A stretch of 64,000 bases of DNA from contig CAWIXE010000001.1 of NCBI GenBank assembly GCA_963840035.1, positions 160,001-224,000 of the forward strand, in the 5' to 3' direction. Source of the DNA: a candidate division FCPU426 bacterium. GTDB taxonomy: Bacteria; Oederibacteriota; PGYV01; Palsa-1178. How positions within the stretch are numbered: the stretch's first letter is position 1; every line of letters starts with the position of its first letter. The notes beneath the pieces were generated by a model, which was not told where the DNA came from, did not search any database, and saw nothing but the letters and a program-made list of their open reading frames with translations. Shown here piece after piece: positions 58,629 through 64,000 of the stretch. Position numbers and translations under genes: made by a program.

Positions 58629-60104
58629 TTATTGCCGCATTGAATATTCCAGAATCCCGCCTTTTCCATCACCAATAAGTAGTACCTCATAATTTTCTCT
58701 TTGCACGGAACAAATGGCAAAGTTATAATCAATAATTTCCTGATAAACAAGCTTGTTCTTTGTCGAAAATATTGACAACATTGTTTTGCCAACAACGCCT
58801 GATGTATGGGCCAGTACTGCAAGATACGGTTCCGCATTGTATTTGAATTTTACACTTACAGCCTGTGGATCATGATATAGGGGAAATTTTTCAAGCGCAT
58901 ACAAACCCAAAGTATTACCCTGCATGTCGATTATTCCTATTCCGTTTCCGAAGTAACCTGTTGCAATGTTTTCGCCAGTTGGCCAATTAACAATCGAAAA
59001 ACTACTTCTGTAGTGCCGGAATTGTTTCTCAGACAATACTTTTCCGGCGTAGTTAACAGTAATTGCCTTTCCTTTTGTATTCATAGCCAATATTTTATTA
59101 TCCTTAGTAATACCGAGGTCCATTATCTCTTCGCTTGTTAATTTCCACTTTTCTTTTCCGCCTGCATCCAGCTGGATAATACCTGTTTTATCCGCAACAT
59201 AGTACTCATCAATTCCGTCGTTATTCAGGTCTCCTGCGATCATTTTGTTTGGTGGAAGGTCTGATTTTTTATATATCCAGAGTTGTTCACCGGTTGAATT
59301 ACACAATCCAACATCACCAAATCCGCCGCCGCCCAACAACACATTAAAATCCCCGTTTTTTTTCATTCCTGTAATACTCTTTCCCATAATCCCGCCATTG
59401 AATGATTTACTGGAAATTTCGGCATAATTGGCGGCTGAAATAAAGCTGGCCCCCTTGACGCCAAAAATTGCTAAACGGCCCGGCTTAAACGTCCCTGCTA
59501 TTTGAATTGCCTGAACGGGTCCAAATTTTGAAGTATATACTGCTTTTTTTATAATTGATCCGTCATCAATTCGCACCCTGTTTTGAGGGTCCGATACCTC
59601 AATTTCATACATTATCTTTGGAACAATCGTATATAGATACAAACAAAACGGAATTATTGAAACCAATAATACAATCACTCCCGCCGATATTTTTTTGTTA
59701 CCATTCTTTCGGAGTATCTTTACAATTCCCCATGCAATTAAAGCAAGTATCGCCGTTATAGCAGGAACGTATATAAAAGTAGTCGGATATAGATCCATCA
59801 AGTAAGTCAATATCCACGTGGAGTTTTCCGCCGTTGTCGTTGTCCCAAAAGCCTCAATCGAATTATAAAGCACCGGAATTATTGCTGCCTTTAAAAAAAT
59901 CGACCAGTAATTATCTGCATTTTCTTTCTTTTTCCCATTTTTCTTTGCAATTATCCAATTAAAAATTAATACAATGGCAAATAACGTATTAATAATAACA
60001 AAAAATCGCATAGGCATTTTGACCTGCATGTATCTTGCAAGGAAAATAGTGGAAATCGTATAAATTACTTCAATTATTACGGATACTATTAAAAGTGTTT
60101 TCAT
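58629..60104 (-). CDS. Multi-TM protein with C-terminal FG-GAP-like propeller (AT-rich gene)
   Basis: About 5 TM segments, GDLNNDGIDE. C-terminal YLAVL...LSIFS...LVYQE resembles 55625-57460. Confidence 0.72.
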   Translation of the reverse strand: MKTLLIVSVIIEVIYTISTIFLARYMQVKMPMRFFVIINTLFAIVLIFNWIIAKKNGKKKENADNYWSIFLKAAIIPVLYNSIEAFGTTTTAENSTWILTYLMDLYPTTFIYVPAITAILALIAWGIVKILRKNGNKKISAGVIVLLVSIIPFCLYLYTIVPKIMYEIEVSDPQNRVRIDDGSIIKKAVYTSKFGPVQAIQIAGTFKPGRLAIFGVKGASFISAANYAEISSKSFNGGIMGKSITGMKKNGDFNVLLGGGGFGDVGLCNSTGEQLWIYKKSDLPPNKMIAGDLNNDGIDEYYVADKTGIIQLDAGGKEKWKLTSEEIMDLGITKDNKILAMNTKGKAITVNYAGKVLSEKQFRHYRSSFSIVNWPTGENIATGYFGNGIGIIDMQGNTLGLYALEKFPLYHDPQAVSVKFKYNAEPYLAVLAHTSGVVGKTMLSIFSTKNKLVYQEIIDYNFAICSVQRENYEVLLIGDGKGGILEYSMRQ

Positions 60105-60152
60105 AAGCCTCCTTGTAATAAGTTCCCTGAATCCTGAACATGTCGAAATATG

Positions 60153-61145
60153 CTAATGGTACCTATCCAAATACCCCACAACCTTCTCCACCATCTCCGG
60201 CGGCGACGCGGCCAGCCTGCCCGGGTCGGTTAGGGATGTGATTTCGTAGAGCATGAAAACCAAAAAGTTGTTGTCGTCCGCTATCCTCTTTAATACCGGG
60301 TCTTTGTCTGACTTGCCGGTTTTGGCTATCAGGGCTTCTGCTTCCTCTATGTAGTATAGCGTTCCTTTGTCCGTGCCGGCGTTGTGCTTTGCCGCGTAAC
60401 CGGGCTCGAAACGCCATAAGGCTTTGTCCATGCCGTAGCCTAACCAATCCTTGGTCACTGTTATGGTCACGGTATCCTTGTCCTTTTTCGTTATCTCACA
60501 CTGGGGAATATAAGTCCAGTCCTTCCACGGCTGCCCGACGCTGTCCCGGTAATAAACCATCACCTTTTTAAGTTCCGGGTGGTTCCTGTTTAAAACATGC
60601 GCGACAGTTATCTCATGAGCGGCCTGTTTCTGCTCCTTCATAGCCCAGAGAGCGTCCGCCAGAAACCAGTGCCCCTGATAATTGCAGTAATTGACCTCTG
60701 TTTCCTTTGTAAAATAATTAACAGCGTTCTTAAAGTCCTTCATCATGTAATAAGCATCCCCGATAAAGTTATATATGGGAAGAAAAGAAGGAGCCAATTT
60801 CCGAGTCTCCTGATAATACCCGATAGCCGCCTCATAATCCTTATCAAAAAAAGCCTTCTCCCCCCGCTCAAAAGCCGCGTTACCCGCCCCCTCGAGCTTC
60901 CCCACCCCATAACTAACCGCCCCGGTCTTCGAAGTAACCTGCTGAATATACCCGGAAAGCCGAACAACCTCAGGAGGCTTAACAAAATCAGCTTCCTTTA
61001 AATTAATTTCATACGCAATTTTCGAGTCTATCCCCGCCTGAAAGACCTGCGCAGCTTCAAAAATCTCAGCCTCGCCGGTGACGGCAAGGGATAGGGGGAT
61101 GAGGGAGAGGGTTAGGAAGGAAAGGATTAGTAGAACTTTTTTCAT
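60153..61145 (-). CDS. Secreted TPR protein
   Basis: Signal peptide. GEKAFFDKDYEAAIGYY and IGDAYYMMKDFKNAVNYF TPR motifs. Confidence 0.8.
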   Translation of the reverse strand: MKKVLLILSFLTLSLIPLSLAVTGEAEIFEAAQVFQAGIDSKIAYEINLKEADFVKPPEVVRLSGYIQQVTSKTGAVSYGVGKLEGAGNAAFERGEKAFFDKDYEAAIGYYQETRKLAPSFLPIYNFIGDAYYMMKDFKNAVNYFTKETEVNYCNYQGHWFLADALWAMKEQKQAAHEITVAHVLNRNHPELKKVMVYYRDSVGQPWKDWTYIPQCEITKKDKDTVTITVTKDWLGYGMDKALWRFEPGYAAKHNAGTDKGTLYYIEEAEALIAKTGKSDKDPVLKRIADDNNFLVFMLYEITSLTDPGRLAASPPEMVEKVVGYLDRYH

Positions 61146-61262
61146 GTTGCCTCCGATGCAGGATGAAATAGAGCCGTAATTACGGTTCTAATGCCTTTTA
61201 CTTTTTTGTCACATCTTTATTATAAAAATAAAATCACGAATTGGGATGTTAAACTTTTAGTT

Positions 61263-63512
61263 CTATTGCAAAGTTTTAAACATATAATCAATTAAATGAG
61301 CATCGTTTTCTGTCAATTCATCTGATTCATCAGAGTAATCATCTTCATCTGGCTGTTGATCTTCGTCATCTGGTTCTGATTGTATTAAGTTTCTTAAATC
61401 ATCATATGCTTTATCTAAATCAATCGGCAATATTTCATTTATGACTTTGATTTTAGCAAGTGCTTCCTCAATAAAATAGTTATCTTCACCAACAAGTTCC
61501 GATGTTTTGACTGATACGATTTTATATAATTCTCTTTTAAAATCAACATTATCTAACTTTGTAATAAATTTTGGTTTATTAAATATTTCTAATTTTAAAA
61601 GTTCGGCAAGTGCATTTGTGTCGTCTAAATCATTTACAGAATTTACAAAATATTCAAAGATTTTTTCTATATCTATTACTACTTTGTTATTTAAAATATC
61701 AAGTATATCCACAAATGACTTTTTATCATCAAATTCAACTAGATCCATCAAAGCAATGTGATTTAATTCACGATTAATAAATTCAACTATTCTAGAATTA
61801 TTCGATCCGAAAAATTTAGTAATAAAGTACAGTCTCTGAATGTTTGATGTTTTTATCTCTTGAAAATAAAACCGTTCTAAATCACTGTAAAATATCTTTC
61901 TGGAACTTGAATCTAATAAAGATGAATATTTTTTTGATATGTTTTCAAAAAAAATATTCTGTAAATTATCATTTAATAAAATAACTTCTGAATATTTTTG
62001 CTTCTTTACTGCAAAAACATCAAAAAATTGATCAATAAATAGAAATGACTTAGCGAGTTTTGTTATAATCTGTTCATTGTTCCTTAAATAATTAATTAAA
62101 AAGTCTTTAACAGATGGATTTGCATAATCAATTAATTGTTTGTGTGAGTAATCTTTTATTGTAGAGATAAATGTACTTTCTAACTCTTTTATTGAACTTT
62201 TTAAAACTATTGAGTCGATATCATATCCAAGAAAGGAATTTATAGCTAGTTCAAGTTTATCAATTAAAATTGGTTCATTCATTGTGGCCATGACCAATAA
62301 CAAACTACGAGAAATTTGACTTATTTGATTTTCAAATGCATGTTGCCAAATTTTAACGGGGTTATTTAGGTTGTTTATAAAAGAATCAAAAATTGAAAAT
62401 CCAGAAACCTCTGCATTAAAATCCTTTGTAATATACTCTATTACTCTTGGATTGTAACTTTTGTGATTTATAATTTGGTTATATTTTTTTTCAAACAAAA
62501 GCACGTTTATATCACTATCTTTAATTGAATTATAATATAAGTGGTTATACAAGATTTTTCCTTTTACAAGCTTTGTATATTTTGAAACATCAACAACACA
62601 TTTGCTTTCATCGATATTATCAAAAATTTCGTATTTGGTTTTTGCTTGCTTCAAAATATATTCTCTTGTCGTCATTATTAATCGTTTATTTGGATCTCTT
62701 TTAATCATCTCAATAAAATTAATTAAGCGTTGATCTTCATTCTTATTTAGTCCTTCTTGTAAAAAATTTCTTCCCAAAAAATCATCGTAATAGAATACTT
62801 GTTTTTTTAATTTAGAATATATTTTTTCAGCTTCATTAATGTCTTGAGAAATTTCAAAAACTTCATAATCATCATTCAAATAATGAAATAAGAGAATTTC
62901 TGCTAATGTTGTTTTTCCAATACCAGGAATTCCAGATATAATTACATAACCATTATTCTTTAATGATTCAAGAGCTTCATTAAAGCTCCTACTTTTTACA
63001 CATAACAATATTTTTTTCTTCAAGCGCTCTATATTACCGTACGACCGAACGAATATGTCGTTATTCAAAAGCATTTCTAAAACAGATATGCTAGTTAACC
63101 ATAATTTAAAATGTTGTTTTTCAATTTCTTTGTATTTCCCAAGTAAATTGTTTAAATCATTTTTACCAATTATTTGACTTGTTAACCTGATATATTTTCC
63201 AAATATTTTCTGTATTTCTTTCTTGTTTTTTAATGTTAGCGAAACGGATGTAGCAATAATATATTTTTTTGGATTAAGTTTTTTAATTTTAGGATATTCT
63301 TTTTTTAAATCTCGTTTTAAATTTGAAAAATTCCTATACCTTTTACATTGAACAATTATATCTCCTTTTAATTTATGATGCCATAAATCAACCCCTTCGT
63401 CTGGACCTTCAGGAAAACTTTCAAAATCAACTTTCATTTTTTTTTGCAATAAATCCCTTACTAATTCTTCAAATTCAAAAGGCGAAATATTATTAAAATC
63501 GTAATTTGACAT
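61263..63512 (-). CDS. Mrr-like restriction endonuclease fused to STAND (nSTAND3-like) NTPase
   Basis: SPFEFEELVRDLL, DEGVD, VQCKRY (Mrr PD-QxK). Walker A GIPGIGKTT, Walker B YYDDFLG, MTTREYIL, YNPRVI. Confidence 0.85.
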   Translation of the reverse strand: MSNYDFNNISPFEFEELVRDLLQKKMKVDFESFPEGPDEGVDLWHHKLKGDIIVQCKRYRNFSNLKRDLKKEYPKIKKLNPKKYIIATSVSLTLKNKKEIQKIFGKYIRLTSQIIGKNDLNNLLGKYKEIEKQHFKLWLTSISVLEMLLNNDIFVRSYGNIERLKKKILLCVKSRSFNEALESLKNNGYVIISGIPGIGKTTLAEILLFHYLNDDYEVFEISQDINEAEKIYSKLKKQVFYYDDFLGRNFLQEGLNKNEDQRLINFIEMIKRDPNKRLIMTTREYILKQAKTKYEIFDNIDESKCVVDVSKYTKLVKGKILYNHLYYNSIKDSDINVLLFEKKYNQIINHKSYNPRVIEYITKDFNAEVSGFSIFDSFINNLNNPVKIWQHAFENQISQISRSLLLVMATMNEPILIDKLELAINSFLGYDIDSIVLKSSIKELESTFISTIKDYSHKQLIDYANPSVKDFLINYLRNNEQIITKLAKSFLFIDQFFDVFAVKKQKYSEVILLNDNLQNIFFENISKKYSSLLDSSSRKIFYSDLERFYFQEIKTSNIQRLYFITKFFGSNNSRIVEFINRELNHIALMDLVEFDDKKSFVDILDILNNKVVIDIEKIFEYFVNSVNDLDDTNALAELLKLEIFNKPKFITKLDNVDFKRELYKIVSVKTSELVGEDNYFIEEALAKIKVINEILPIDLDKAYDDLRNLIQSEPDDEDQQPDEDDYSDESDELTENDAHLIDYMFKTLQ

Positions 63513-63573
63513 TTTTACCTCACAAATTTAAATTATGTTTCAATCCATACATTTAATTATCTATTTGATGATA

Positions 63574-64000
63574 CTATTTGTTCAGAAATTCGTCTATCAG
63601 ACTGATTGCTTTTACAATGGAATTTGACTGAATTTTATTTTCATACGCTTTTTCTACCATATAAGCAATTGCGAGTGGATTTTTTAATAAATCACCAGCT
63701 TGGTCATAACGTCTTTCTGCTATTTCTTTATAAATAGAATATTTTATATCAAAATCCTTTTCAACTATTTTTGTAAGATTATTGTTCCACATTATTAAGT
63801 TATCACAATACACTGAATCCGTCGGCCATTCATTATTGCCATAATTATTAGTTAATTCTAAAATTTTTTTATTATCCTTTTTATGAAGAATTATTTCTGA
63901 TTCTTTTTGTTTGTCGTTATCTGAATCAAAAACTACAAATACAGGTATTTCAAGCATTTGTGCAACAGCTAAAGGTTTAATAATATTGCTTTTCCCCCCG
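63574..64000 (-). CDS. C-terminal part of an OLD-family (TOPRIM) ATP-dependent nuclease, truncated by the window edge
   Basis: Frame extends to the window end: GGKSNIIKPLAVAQMLEIPVFVVFDSD (GGK and DxD of OLD TOPRIM). Confidence 0.75.
   Translation of the reverse strand, partial: GGKSNIIKPLAVAQMLEIPVFVVFDSDNDKQKESEIILHKKDNKKILELTNNYGNNEWPTDSVYCDNLIMWNNNLTKIVEKDFDIKYSIYKEIAERRYDQAGDLLKNPLAIAYMVEKAYENKIQSNSIVKAISLIDEFLNK

Noticed and set aside
33316..61200. Classical integron cassette array
   Set aside because: No tyrosine integrase, and no RYYYAAC...GTTRRRY attC structures were recognised at the junctions.

Overview
Bacterial chromosomal window from a probably diderm organism (several beta-barrel proteins and lipoproteins). 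Taxonomy cannot be fixed from sequence alone. 0-18 kb: an IS30 element nested in a 202-bp MITE, then two housekeeping blocks, rpmH-rnpA-yidD-yidC-jag-mnmE (+) and tRNA-Lys-rplU-rpmA-[Ig/FN3 gene, 111-bp array]-obgE-proB-polX (-). Most gene junctions there hold paired 7-bp repeat hairpins. 20-31 kb: a bacteriohemerythrin and a signalling cluster (PAS histidine kinase, two receiver-AraC regulators, two single receivers, a free coiled-coil protein, tandem spoVG paralogues). Three promoters in this region share one exact architecture (GAAAAAYGTCAATT-N4-GT, 35 nt, TATACTT), suggesting a hemerythrin/SpoVG regulon. 33-64 kb: every credible gene is on the minus strand, mostly envelope proteins plus AbiE and MNT-HEPN toxin-antitoxin pairs. 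They are punctuated by eight co-oriented copies of a modular REP-derived repeat and a 14-unit REP array. The window ends in an AT-rich block encoding a partial OLD/TOPRIM nuclease and an Mrr-STAND NTPase. All family calls come from recognising motifs by eye; no database searches were run.
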